DNA of 64,000 nucleotides from Macrostomum hystrix. Taxonomy: Eukaryota > Animalia > Platyhelminthes. Under the pieces are notes generated by a model. It worked only from the letters and a program-made list of their open reading frames with translations, made no database searches and was not told the DNA's origin. Of this stretch, positions 50,301 to 61,200 are shown piece by piece. Position 1 is the stretch's first letter, and every line of letters begins with the position of its first letter. Location of the stretch: contig CATNEN010000012.1 in NCBI GenBank assembly GCA_950097015.1, positions 2,914,001-2,978,000 on the forward strand. The letters run 5' to 3'. The position numbers and the translations under genes were made by a program.

Positions 50301-52026
50301 CCATACCCTCAGATTCTGTGTCCCATACCCTCTGATTCTGTGTCCCATACCCTATAATTCTGTGTCCCATACCCTCAGATTCTGTGTCCCATACCCTCAG
50401 ATTCTGTCCCACACCCTCAGATTCTGTGTCCCATACCCTCTGATTCTGTCCCATACCCTCAGATTCTGTGTCCCATACCCTCTAATTCTGTCCCATACCC
50501 TCTGATTCTGTGTCCCATACCCTCTGATTCTGTGTCCCATACCCTCTGATTCTGTGTCCCATACCCTATAATTCTGTGTCCCATACCCTCAGATTCTGTG
50601 TCCCATACCCTCTGATTCTGTGTCCCATACCCTCAGATTCTGTGTCCCATACCCTCTGATTCTGTGTCCCATACCCTATAATTCTGTGTCCCATACCCTC
50701 AGATTCTGTGTCCCATACCCTCAGATTGTGTCCCATACCCTCAGATTCTGTGTCCCATACCCTCTGATTCTGTGTCCCATACCCTATAATTCTGTGTCCC
50801 ATACCCTCAGATTCTGTGTCCCATACCCTCAGATTCTGTGTCCCATACCCTCTGATTCTGTGTCCCATACCCTCTGATTCTGTGTCCCATACCCTATAAT
50901 TCTGTGTCCCATACCCTCAGATTCTGTGTCCCATACCCTCAGATTCTGTGTCCCATACCCTCAGATTCTGTGTCCCATACCCTCTGATTCTGTGTCCCAT
51001 ACCCTCTGATTCTGTGTCCCATACCCTCAGATTCTGTGTCCCATACCCTCAGATTCTGTGTCCCACACCCTCAGATTCTGTCCCATACCCTCAGATTCTG
51101 TGTCCCATACCCTCTGATTCTGTGTCCCATACCCTCTGATTCTGTGTCCCATACCCTCTGATTCTGTGTCCCATACCCTCTGATTCTGTGTCCCATACCC
51201 TATAATTCTGTGTCCCATACCCTCAGATTCTGTGTCCCATACCCTCAGATTCTGTGTCCCACACCCTCAGATTCTGTCCCATACCCTCAGATTCTGTGTC
51301 CCATACCCTCTGATTCTGTGTCCCATACCCTCAGATTCTGTGTCCCATACCCTCAGATTCTGTGTCCCACACCCTCAGATTCTGTCCCATACCCTCAGAT
51401 TCTGTGTCCCATACCCTCTGATTCTGTGTCCCATACCCTCAGATTCTGTGTCCCACACCCTCAGATTCTGTCCCATACCCTCAGATTCTGTGTCCCATAC
51501 CCTCTGATTCTGTGTCCCATACCCTCAGATTCTGTGTCCCATACCCTCAGATTCTGTGTCCCATACCCTCAGATTCTGTGTCCCATACCCTCTGATTCTG
51601 TGTCCCATACCCTATAATTCTGTGTCCCATACCCTCAGATTCTGTGTCCCATACCCTATAATTCTGTGTCCCACACCCTCAGATTCTGTGTCCCATACCC
51701 TCTGATTATGTGTCCCACACCCTCAGATTCTGTGTCCCATACCCTCAGATTCTGTCCCATACCCTCAGATTCTGTGTCCCATACCCTCTGATTCTGTGTC
51801 CCATACCCTCTGATTCTGTGTCCCATACCCTATAATTCTGTGTCCCATACCCTCAGATTCTGTGTCCCATACCCTCAGATTCTGTCCCACACCCTCAGAT
51901 TCTGTGTCCCATACCCTCAGATTCTGTGTCCCATACCCTCTGATTCTGTGTCCCATACCCTCAGATTCTGTGTCCCATACCCTCAGATTCTGTGTCCCAT
52001 ACCCTCAGATTCTGTCCCACACCCTC
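29348..52026. repeat. Satellite array of 20/22-bp monomers (CCCA[C/T]ACCCT[CAG/CTG/ATA/CTA]ATTCTGT[GT]) with higher-order duplications, left part
   Basis: Uninterrupted tandem monomers; rare variants recur at fixed kb spacings (e.g. CATACGCTCAG at 44457 and 48873). Confidence 0.98.
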
Positions 52027-52253
52027 TGTCGGATTCATCTGGCAATCCTCCACGTTAATTCAAGCTTGCCCTACTGCGCTAAATTTAGCTCCTTGTTACA
52101 CCTTGTTTACCCATAGACACCCCCAGCCTCAACTGTACTCTTAAATTAAATACAAAGTCGCCCAGCCGTTCCCCAAAAGAAACTACACACACGCATGTTC
52201 GTTCTAGCCACTTAAGCTTAACATAAAGCCTTTGTCTCAGTCAGTTGACGACA
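52027..52253 (+). repeat. 5' LTR
   Basis: Identical by eye to 58028-58254. Confidence 0.97.
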
Positions 52254-52256
52254 AAT

Positions 52257-52274
52257 TGGTAGCAGAGCGTGGTT
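52257..52274 (+). other. Primer-binding site, complementary to a tRNA-iMet-type 3' end
   Basis: TGGTAGCAGAGCGTGGTT starts 3 nt after the 5' LTR; animal tRNA-iMet ends ...CTCTGCTACCA. Confidence 0.8.
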
Positions 52275-52291
52275 TGTTTGGCACCAAGGCA

Positions 52292-55200
52292 ATGGTCAAC
52301 ACTCGCGCGACCTCAGCCGAGACTGGGGATACAACCGACCCTATTTCTGGGGATCATGCAGGACAGGAGCAAGCAACGGGAGGGGCGACCGCTGGACCAT
52401 CGGCACCACTGCTTCAGCCGACAGTTGCCGGCCAGCCGCCAGCCAACCAGGACATGCTTCAGCACCTACTCGGCGTCATGGTCACCATGATGCAGCAAAA
52501 CCAGCAACTACTTACTCAGCTTCAAAGCCAGACAGCGGCAGCCCCACCGGCGCCAGCGGCGGTGCCAGATGCGAACCCACTGCCCACGGCCCGCCGCCCG
52601 GCTTCCTTCGTCGGCGACAGCGTCCTGCGCAACGCACGACTACCGACATTCGATGGTGAGGACCCCGCCGCATTCCCAGCGTTCTGGGGCGCGTTCGATC
52701 ATCGAATTCATGCCCTAGAAATGTCTCCCGTCGACAAGTTTGAGGTCCTTCGAGGTCTCCTCACGGGGGCCGCGTTGCGGAAGCTCGGAGGTCTGGACGC
52801 TTGCCAGCCCGGCGCGTACGAGGAGGCGCGGCGGATTCTGGAATATAACTACGGCGATTTGCAAGAGCAGAAGAGCGCATGCTACAAACGCCTCCTGGAC
52901 ATGCCACGTCTCAACGACGTCGACTTCCGAACGCTGGAACCCTTCGCGGACGCACTTCGTCTCACTGTGGGTCAGCTTGCCCGGCTGCAGGAGCCGGAAG
53001 CGGCGATGGACGCATACATCCACGCCTTGTGGCCGAAGTTACCTATCGCGCTCCGGACAGACATTCAGGACGCCCGCATTAAAGCCACTCAGTCGCCCAT
53101 GCCCACTATGACCGACTTGCAAGGACACTTGGACGCGAAGCTACGCGTTCTCCGTGCCGCCAGGACTGTGACAAACGAAGCTCCAGCCGAAGCACCCTAC
53201 TCCGGTGCCAGTCTCCTCGGCGCGGCATCAAACTCTTGCCCGCCGGCCGCGCAGAACTCAGGACGCAGCTACGCCGCCGGCAGACATCAGCATGGCCCTA
53301 GTCGCAAAAACACCATCCGCTGTCAGGATATCGCCGGATGCGTCTACTGCGACCAGAGCGGTCACAATGCGTCTCGCTGTGACCGTGTCACCCAGCCCGA
53401 GGACCGATTCAGTGCTGTCCGACGGAAGAAACTGTGTTTCAATTGCCTTGGGGATCACGAGGCACGGCATTGCCCCTCTTCCAGCCGGTGCCGCAAGTGC
53501 GGCTCCAAGCACCATACCTCTCTTCATGGCGCTTACCCGAGGGAACCCGCCATCCAAACTGGAGCAGGCCCCTCGGCGCACTCGCGAAGGCCGCATCAGC
53601 CGATAGTCAATTCGCATCTCAGTGGCATTTCCCCCCTTGTGGAATCGACGGAGGATTCATCCGGCCCTGTTAACGCCATCTCCTGCGTCTCGTCCGCGCA
53701 GGATAGCCTCCTTCAGCCCATAGTGATGGCCACCTTCTCTGCTCCAGCTGTGAACCCGGCAACTGGGGATTCGGCTCCGATCACGGCCCTTATCGATGGC
53801 GGTTGCAGCTACACCTACCTTCGAGGCGACATAGCCCGGCGAATCGGCCTCCAGTCCCTCGGTACAATCAGCCTCGACAGCTCTGCGTGTCATGCCGAAT
53901 CTCGCCGTCGCGTGCACGCCAACATTGTTCGCCTGGAATTAGCCACACTGGATGGTCGACGCATGCCGCTGAAGGTGCTCTCAGTCGAGAGGATTGCTCC
54001 AGCCATTCACTTACAGGCGCTACAACTTCCGAAAGATATTCTAACAACCCTCGCCCATCTGCCTCTTGGGATTGCCAATGCACCCCCGATGGTGGACAAG
54101 GAGGTGGACCTGGATCTGCTGATTGGAAATGATTATGCACAGTTACTCGTAGGCCCGAGCGTTGGTGCAATACCCCTACGTCGCAGCTTCACCGCTCACC
54201 TGACCCCGTTTGGAGCTGTCCTTACCGGCTCCCTCACAGGAACCTCGGACACCCATGCCATCTGCACCCGGGCCACCGAACTCCTCTGTACCGGGCGCCT
54301 CATCGTCAACTCACTCCACGGCTTGACAGAGCAACCTGTCCCGGACAACCTGTCCCATCTGGAGCTACTTGTAGATAGGATGACCAGTCTCGAGATCCTC
54401 GGTCTGGGTCCAAACACAGAACGGACCACGCAAAGCGAAGATCTCCAGACCAAGCGCCTTCTGGATTCTGCCACTCGGGAACCCGATGGCCGTTTCTCAG
54501 TCGCTCTCCCCTTCAAGCCAGGAGCCGAGCAGCTTCCTTCGAATTTCGGCCAAGCCTATGGCCGTGCTCGCGCAGTTCACAACCGCCTGGATCTCTTGCA
54601 ACGCATGAAGTACTACGCTGAGTTCGAGAAACGTAAAACCGAGGGCGTACTCGAGATCGTCGACAGTCGGTCGCCACCTGGACCGATCGTTCACGTCCTA
54701 CCTCACTTCCCGGTGATAAAGGAATCAAGTAACACAACAAAAATACGACCCGTCGTTGACGCCTCCGCTCCGACATCCCTTGGAGGCAGCTGCTTGAATG
54801 ACCTCCTGGAGACTGGACCAAACCTCCTAACCGACCTTCTCCAGGTCCAGCTCCGTCTACGAGTCTACGAATACGCCTGCGTCAGCGACATCCAGTCTGC
54901 ATTCTATCAGATAATGGTACACCCCGGGTGTCGAGACGCTCTACGCATCATCCTGCCGAGAGACATCGCCAAGCCACTCGACCAAGACAACATGCAGCTT
55001 TGGCGCTTCACGCGGATCGTAATGGGCGCCAGCCCATCACCCTGGATCCTTCTCACGGTGATCCACAAACTCTGCGCCGACGCCATCGCCGGTGGAACCC
55101 ACCGTTTCGGACTCCACAAGGGCGAGGTTGAATCTATCCCTTCTGGGCTCTACATGGATAACCTCGTGCAAGGCTACGATTGCAAGACCGAGGGCCCTCG

Positions 55201-57907
55201 TTTCGTCGCTGGACTGCGGGCTCTATTCCACTCGGGGCAGTTCCACCTCCGGGAGTTCGCAGCAAACGACTCACAGGCTCTTCAGGGCCTCCCTGAGGAA
55301 GATCGCGTTGAGAACCCAGTCGTCAGAAACCTCGGTATCGTCTGGGACACCGTCAATGACACCATCCGACTTGCCAAGCCTACGATTTCATGCGGCATCA
55401 CGCTTACTCGCGCCAGCTTACTGAGCGTCATCTCCCGCCCCTACGATCCATTTGGATACGTTGCCCCCCTCGTTCTGGCGGGCCGACTTCTCTACAGGGC
55501 GGCATTCAAGCCTAACGATGCCTGGGACACTCTGGCCGATCCTGCCACCGTTGACGCTTGGTCCAGGCTCCGTTCAGACTTCGTTGACATCGACCGCATT
55601 GTCATACCTCGTCGCTGCGTCACGAAGCGCACTGTTCCCAGTCGCCTGGTCATCTTCAGTGATGGTTCACCACAGGCGTATGGCTTCACCGTCTATCTGC
55701 ACCACACTCACGACGGTCGAGTGACCACCACCCTCATCTACGCGAGAGCACGTCTCGTCCCAACTGGCAAGAAAGGCCTACTAATTACCGTTCCGCGCAT
55801 CGAACTCTGGGCCGCTCTTATCGCTACCCGCGCGACCCTTCTCTTACGAGATATCCTTACTCCAATGCTAGAGATCAGCGGTATAACCCACTTTATCGAC
55901 AGCCAGATTGTCCTTTACTGGCTCATGGACGGTGCCAAGCTCCGTCCCTACGAGTGCCACCGCGTCCAGGAGATACGCAACTCCGGGTTGACAGAGGACC
56001 GCCGCTACGTTCCCACTGCAGAGAATCCGGCCGACCATTGTACCAGGCCCCTAACACTGACCCAGCTTATCGCGTCGAACTTCTACACCGGTCCCGAGTT
56101 TATTCAACGGCCTTACCATACGTGGACCTCCTGGCCGCTCCCCGGTCAGTCCGTCAACCCACCAGAGGAAACTCGGCGTAAAGATAAGCCGTCTATTTCG
56201 CTTCTGCACGCTACCAAAGGCGTTGAGGAGCCCCCACCTGGAGACATGGATATCACTCGTTTCGGATGCCTCAACACCCTGCTCGGTGCAACCGCATATG
56301 TCGTCCGCTTCGTCACGAGGGACAGGACCCGCGGAGTCCCAGGCTTAAACGCGCGCAACGCCGCCCTCCTTCTCTGGGTCCGGTACACACAGCGTTTACA
56401 TTACCTCAAGGACATGATCGCTCTTCAATCGGGCAACCCTGGGAATTGTCGGCTGGTGAATCAGCTTGCCTTGTATCTTGATACCGACGGTTTCGTCCGC
56501 TTGAGCTCACGCATGGCCAACGCCAATTTGGACGCTGATGCACTGCACCCGTTGCTCCTGCCCTCGAGGAGTCACCTCAGTTATTTATTGATCCGACATA
56601 TCCACGAGCAGGAGGTACACGCGACTGCCTCCACAGTTCTTAGTCGACTGAGGGAGCGCTTCTGGATTGTCCGTGGCCTTGCCACTGTGCGCAACGCTCT
56701 ACGTGGCTGCCTTGTTTGCCGCGCCTCCAAAGCGCCACCCATGACTCGCCCACATCATGGTCAGCTGCCACCTGAACGTTTGGACTTCACGCAGCCCGCT
56801 TTCCGCTCAATTCTCATCGATCAGTTAGGACCGATATATACATGGGCGTCCACGACAAGGACGTCAGCCAAGCGCTGGGTCCTCATCCTCTCCTGCGCGA
56901 CCAGTCGTGCTGTGCACCTAGAACCTCTGACGGACTACTCCGCGGACGCGGTGCTCCACGCGTTTGAGAGATTTTGGGCCCGGCGAGGCCTCACGGAAGG
57001 TACAATCTTCCTCGATCAGGCGACGGCATTCCAGGCCACCGCCAAGCTGGTAGATACCCTCCTGGCGCCGACGTTCCAGCACAAGATCTTCACGGATCTT
57101 CAACCTTTTGCCACCACCCGTAGACTCCGTTTCAAGTTCGCACCGGTCCGTTCCCCTTGGCACCAGGGTGCGGTGGAAAGGCTTGTCGCTCTTACCAAAG
57201 CCAGCCTACGGCCGGCACTCTGGCGTCGTCGGATCGATGACGATGAACTGCGGACTCTACTCTGCAGGGTTGAAGCCGTACTCAACACACGCCCCCTCAC
57301 GGCTCTCAGCAACGACCCAAGGGATATGCGCCCACTGACACCGGCACATCTTATAGCCCCAAACGTCTGCCTCGACCTGCCAGCCGCTTCAGAGAGTCTC
57401 CTACCACCGGCGGACTCGTCAACCGGCAACGTACTACGGGCGCTCTACTACCGCAGGGAACAGATTATCGACGCCTTTTGGGATCGCTGGCGCCGCGAAT
57501 ACCTCCAGCATCTGCGATCAATCCATCTGGCAGAACGACGACGCAATCCAGGGGTAACCCAGCAGCCTCGTCAGGATCAACTCTGCCTTCTCGTTGAGAG
57601 CACACCTCGTGCCAGTTGGAAGACTTGTCGCATCCTAGCCCTGCACCCGGATGCACAAGGCGTCGTGCGCTACGTCACAATCCGCACCAGTGCCGGTTAC
57701 GAATCCCGGCGTCCTGTCGAGCATCTCGTCCCGCTGGAGGCCGAAGTTGTGGAGCCGGATCCAGAAATCGGCGCCAGGGCGAAGACCCAGGACAGCTCAC
57801 CGCAGTCGCCAACGGCAACTAATGTCACGGCTGTACCGACTTCGGTCCGCTCTCTTCGCGCCCGTAAGCGGCAGGGAGTCCGAGACGCCCTGTTTGACAT
57901 TCCCTGA
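52292..57907 (+). CDS. BEL/Pao Gag-Pol polyprotein, 1871 aa from the first internal ATG
   Basis: Gag (LPTFDGEDPAAFPAFW); Zn knuckles CVYCDQSGHNASRC, CFNCLGDHEARHC, CRKCGSKHHTSLH; protease ALIDGG; RT DIQSAF / GASPSP / YMDN; RNase H FSDGS, PRIEL, IDSQ, NPADHCTR; integrase HHCC plus D-D-E (IDQLGP, LDQATAF, GAVERL); BEL C-terminal FWDRWRREYL. The TTG start at 52232 lies inside the LTR. Confidence 0.95.
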   Translation: MVNTRATSAETGDTTDPISGDHAGQEQATGGATAGPSAPLLQPTVAGQPPANQDMLQHLLGVMVTMMQQNQQLLTQLQSQTAAAPPAPAAVPDANPLPTARRPASFVGDSVLRNARLPTFDGEDPAAFPAFWGAFDHRIHALEMSPVDKFEVLRGLLTGAALRKLGGLDACQPGAYEEARRILEYNYGDLQEQKSACYKRLLDMPRLNDVDFRTLEPFADALRLTVGQLARLQEPEAAMDAYIHALWPKLPIALRTDIQDARIKATQSPMPTMTDLQGHLDAKLRVLRAARTVTNEAPAEAPYSGASLLGAASNSCPPAAQNSGRSYAAGRHQHGPSRKNTIRCQDIAGCVYCDQSGHNASRCDRVTQPEDRFSAVRRKKLCFNCLGDHEARHCPSSSRCRKCGSKHHTSLHGAYPREPAIQTGAGPSAHSRRPHQPIVNSHLSGISPLVESTEDSSGPVNAISCVSSAQDSLLQPIVMATFSAPAVNPATGDSAPITALIDGGCSYTYLRGDIARRIGLQSLGTISLDSSACHAESRRRVHANIVRLELATLDGRRMPLKVLSVERIAPAIHLQALQLPKDILTTLAHLPLGIANAPPMVDKEVDLDLLIGNDYAQLLVGPSVGAIPLRRSFTAHLTPFGAVLTGSLTGTSDTHAICTRATELLCTGRLIVNSLHGLTEQPVPDNLSHLELLVDRMTSLEILGLGPNTERTTQSEDLQTKRLLDSATREPDGRFSVALPFKPGAEQLPSNFGQAYGRARAVHNRLDLLQRMKYYAEFEKRKTEGVLEIVDSRSPPGPIVHVLPHFPVIKESSNTTKIRPVVDASAPTSLGGSCLNDLLETGPNLLTDLLQVQLRLRVYEYACVSDIQSAFYQIMVHPGCRDALRIILPRDIAKPLDQDNMQLWRFTRIVMGASPSPWILLTVIHKLCADAIAGGTHRFGLHKGEVESIPSGLYMDNLVQGYDCKTEGPRFVAGLRALFHSGQFHLREFAANDSQALQGLPEEDRVENPVVRNLGIVWDTVNDTIRLAKPTISCGITLTRASLLSVISRPYDPFGYVAPLVLAGRLLYRAAFKPNDAWDTLADPATVDAWSRLRSDFVDIDRIVIPRRCVTKRTVPSRLVIFSDGSPQAYGFTVYLHHTHDGRVTTTLIYARARLVPTGKKGLLITVPRIELWAALIATRATLLLRDILTPMLEISGITHFIDSQIVLYWLMDGAKLRPYECHRVQEIRNSGLTEDRRYVPTAENPADHCTRPLTLTQLIASNFYTGPEFIQRPYHTWTSWPLPGQSVNPPEETRRKDKPSISLLHATKGVEEPPPGDMDITRFGCLNTLLGATAYVVRFVTRDRTRGVPGLNARNAALLLWVRYTQRLHYLKDMIALQSGNPGNCRLVNQLALYLDTDGFVRLSSRMANANLDADALHPLLLPSRSHLSYLLIRHIHEQEVHATASTVLSRLRERFWIVRGLATVRNALRGCLVCRASKAPPMTRPHHGQLPPERLDFTQPAFRSILIDQLGPIYTWASTTRTSAKRWVLILSCATSRAVHLEPLTDYSADAVLHAFERFWARRGLTEGTIFLDQATAFQATAKLVDTLLAPTFQHKIFTDLQPFATTRRLRFKFAPVRSPWHQGAVERLVALTKASLRPALWRRRIDDDELRTLLCRVEAVLNTRPLTALSNDPRDMRPLTPAHLIAPNVCLDLPAASESLLPPADSSTGNVLRALYYRREQIIDAFWDRWRREYLQHLRSIHLAERRRNPGVTQQPRQDQLCLLVESTPRASWKTCRILALHPDAQGVVRYVTIRTSAGYESRRPVEHLVPLEAEVVEPDPEIGARAKTQDSSPQSPTATNVTAVPTSVRSLRARKRQGVRDALFDIP

Positions 57908-58027
57908 GTGTTACTTCGTGCACTATGAACCTAGAGTTTACCTCAAAGAGACTAAAACTGATGTTCTATCTTCCGCTTCCTAATTTCCTACGCCGTATCC
58001 TAGCCATCCGTACAGCCCCCCCCAATC

Positions 58028-58254
58028 TGTCGGATTCATCTGGCAATCCTCCACGTTAATTCAAGCTTGCCCTACTGCGCTAAATTTAGCTCCTTGTTAC
58101 ACCTTGTTTACCCATAGACACCCCCAGCCTCAACTGTACTCTTAAATTAAATACAAAGTCGCCCAGCCGTTCCCCAAAAGAAACTACACACACGCATGTT
58201 CGTTCTAGCCACTTAAGCTTAACATAAAGCCTTTGTCTCAGTCAGTTGACGACA
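58028..58254 (+). repeat. 3' LTR
   Basis: Identical by eye to 52027-52253. Confidence 0.97.
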
Positions 58255-61200
58255 CCCTCAGATTCTGTGTCCCATACCCTCTGATTCTGTCCCATACCCT
58301 CAGATTCTGTGTCCCATACCCTCTAATTCTGTCCCATACCCTCTGATTCTGTGTCCCATACCCTCTGATTCTGTGTCCCATACCCTCTGATTCTGTGTCC
58401 CATACCCTCTGATTCTGTGTCCCATACCCTATAATTCTGTGTCCCATACCCTCAGATTCTGTGTCCCATACCCTCAGATTCTGTGTCCCATACCCTCTGA
58501 TTCTGTGTCCCATACCCTATAATTCTGTGTCCCATACCCTCAGATTCTGTGTCCCATACCCTCAGATTCTGTCCCATACCCTCAGATTCTGTGTCCCATA
58601 CCCTCTGATTCTGTGTCCCATACCCTATAATTCTGTGTCCCATACCCTCAGATTCTGTGTCCCATACCCTCAGATTCTGTGTCCCATACCCTCTGATTCT
58701 GTGTCCCATACCCTCTGATTCTGTGTCCCATACCCTATAATTCTGTGTCCCATACCCTCAGATTCTGTGTCCCATACCCTCAGATTCTGTGTCCCATACC
58801 CTCAGATTCTGTGTCCCATACCCTCTGATTCTGTGTCCCATACCCTCTGATTCTGTGTCCCATACCCTCTGATTCTGTGTCCCATACCCTCTGATTCTGT
58901 GTCCCATACCCTATAATTCTGTGTCCCATACCCTCAGATTCTGTGTCCCATACCCTCAGATTCTGTGTCCCACACCCTCAGATTCTGTCCCATACCCTCA
59001 GATTCTGTGTCCCATACCCTCTGATTCTGTGTCCCATACCCTCAGATTCTGTGTCCCATACCCTCAGATTCTGTGTCCCACACCCTCAGATTCTGTCCCA
59101 TACCCTCAGATTCTGTGTCCCATACCCTCTGATTCTGTGTCCCATACCCTCAGATTCTGTGTCCCACACCCTCAGATTCTGTCCCATACCCTCAGATTCT
59201 GTGTCCCATACCCTCTGATTCTGTGTCCCATACCCTCAGATTCTGTGTCCCATACCCTCAGATTCTGTGTCCCATACCCTCTGATTCTGTGTCCCATACC
59301 CTATAATTCTGTGTCCCATACGCTCAGATTCTGTGTCCCACACCCTCAGATTCTGTGTCCCACAACCTCAGATTCTGTCCCACACCCTCAGATTCTGTCC
59401 CACACCCTCAGATTCTGTCCCACACCCTCAGATTCTGTGTCCCACACCCTCAGATTCTGTCCCACACCCTCAGATTCTGTCCCACACCCTCAGATTCTGT
59501 CCCACACCCTCAGATTCTGTCCCACACCCTCAGATTCTGTCCCACACCCTCAGATTCTGTCCCACACCCTCAGATTCTGTCCCACACCCTCAGATTCTGT
59601 GTCCCACACCCTCAGATTCTGTCCCACACCCTCAGATTCTGTCCCACACCCTCAGATTCTGTGTCCCATACCCTCAGATTCTGTGTCCCACACCCTCAGA
59701 TTCTGTGTCCCATATCCTCAGATTCTGTGTCCCATACCCTCAGATTCTGTGTCCCACACCCTCAGATTCTGTGTCCCATACCCTCTGATTATGTGTCCCA
59801 CACCCTCAGATTCTGTGTCCCATACCCTCAGATTCTGTCCCATACCCTCAGATTCTGTGTCCCATACCCTCTGATTCTGTGTCCCATACCCTCTGATTCT
59901 GTGTCCCATACCCTATAATTCTGTGTCCCATACCCTCAGATTCTGTGTCCCATACCCTCTGATTCTGTCCCACACCCTCAGATTCTGTGTCCCATACCCT
60001 CAGATTCTGTGTCCCATACCCTCTGATTCTGTGTCCCATACCCTATAATTCTGTGTCCCATACCCTCAGATTCTGTGTCCCATACCCTCAGATTCTGTCC
60101 CACACCCTCAGATTCTGTGTCCCATACCCTCTGATTCTGTCCCATACCCTCAGATTCTGTGTCCCATACCCTCTGATTCTGTCCCATACCCTCTGATTCT
60201 GTGTCCCATACCCTCTGATTCTGTGTCCCATACCCTCTGATTCTGTGTCCCATACCCTCTGATTCTGTGTCCCATACCCTATAATTCTGTGTCCCATACC
60301 CTCAGATTCTGTGTCCCATACCCTCAGATTCTGTGTCCCATACCCTCAGATTCTGTGTCCCATACCCTATAATTCTGTGTCCCATACCCTCAGATTCTGT
60401 GTCCCATACCCTCAGATTCTGTCCCATACCCTCAGATTCTGTGTCCCATACCCTCTGATTCTGTGTCCCATACCCTATAATTCTGTGTCCCATACCCTCA
60501 GATTCTGTGTCCCATACCCTCAGATTCTGTGTCCCATACCCTCTGATTCTGTGTCCCATACCCTCTGATTCTGTGTCCCATACCCTATAATTCTGTGTCC
60601 CATACCCTCTGATTCTGTGTCCCATACCCTCTGATTCTGTGTCCCACACCCTATAATTCTGTGTCCCATACCCTCAGATTCTGTGTCCCATACCCTCAGA
60701 TTCTGTGTCCCATACCCTCAGATTCTGTCCCACACCCTCAGATTCTGTGTCCCATACCCTCAGATTCTGTGTCCCATACCCTCTGATTCTGTGTCCCATA
60801 CCCTATAATTCTGTGTCCCATACCCTCAGATTCTGTGTCCCATACCCTCAGATTCTGTCCCACACCCTCAGATTCTGTGTCCCATACCCTCTGATTCTGT
60901 CCCATACCCTCAGATTCTGTGTCCCATACCCTCTAATTCTGTCCCATACCCTCTGATTCTGTGTCCCATACCCTCTGATTCTGTGTCTCATACCCTCTGA
61001 TTCTGTGTCCCATACCCTATAATTCTGTGTCCCATACCCTCAGATTCTGTGTCCCATACCCTCTGATTCTGTGTCCCATACCCTCAGATTCTGTGTCCCA
61101 TACCCTCTGATTCTGTGTCCCATACCCTATAATTCTGTGTCCCATACCCTCAGATTCTGTGTCCCATACCCTCAGATTCTGTCCCATACCCTCAGATTCT

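Larger units (their letters stand above)
52027..58254 (+). mobile_element. Full-length BEL/Pao LTR retrotransposon (6228 bp)
   Basis: Two 227-bp LTRs with TGTCG...CGACA ends, 5-bp TSD CCCTC (52022-52026 and 58255-58259), PBS, and a single Gag-PR-RT-RH-IN ORF. Confidence 0.97.

Noticed and set aside
52232-52291. TTG-initiated N-terminal extension of the polyprotein
   Set aside because: Overlaps the LTR end and PBS; the first ATG at 52292 is the plausible start
52269-57983. Short overlapping and antisense ORFs inside the retrotransposon (possible accessory or env genes)
   Set aside because: All are short alternative-frame ORFs in GC-rich coding DNA with no recognisable motif; there is no room for env between the stop (57907) and the 3' LTR (58028)
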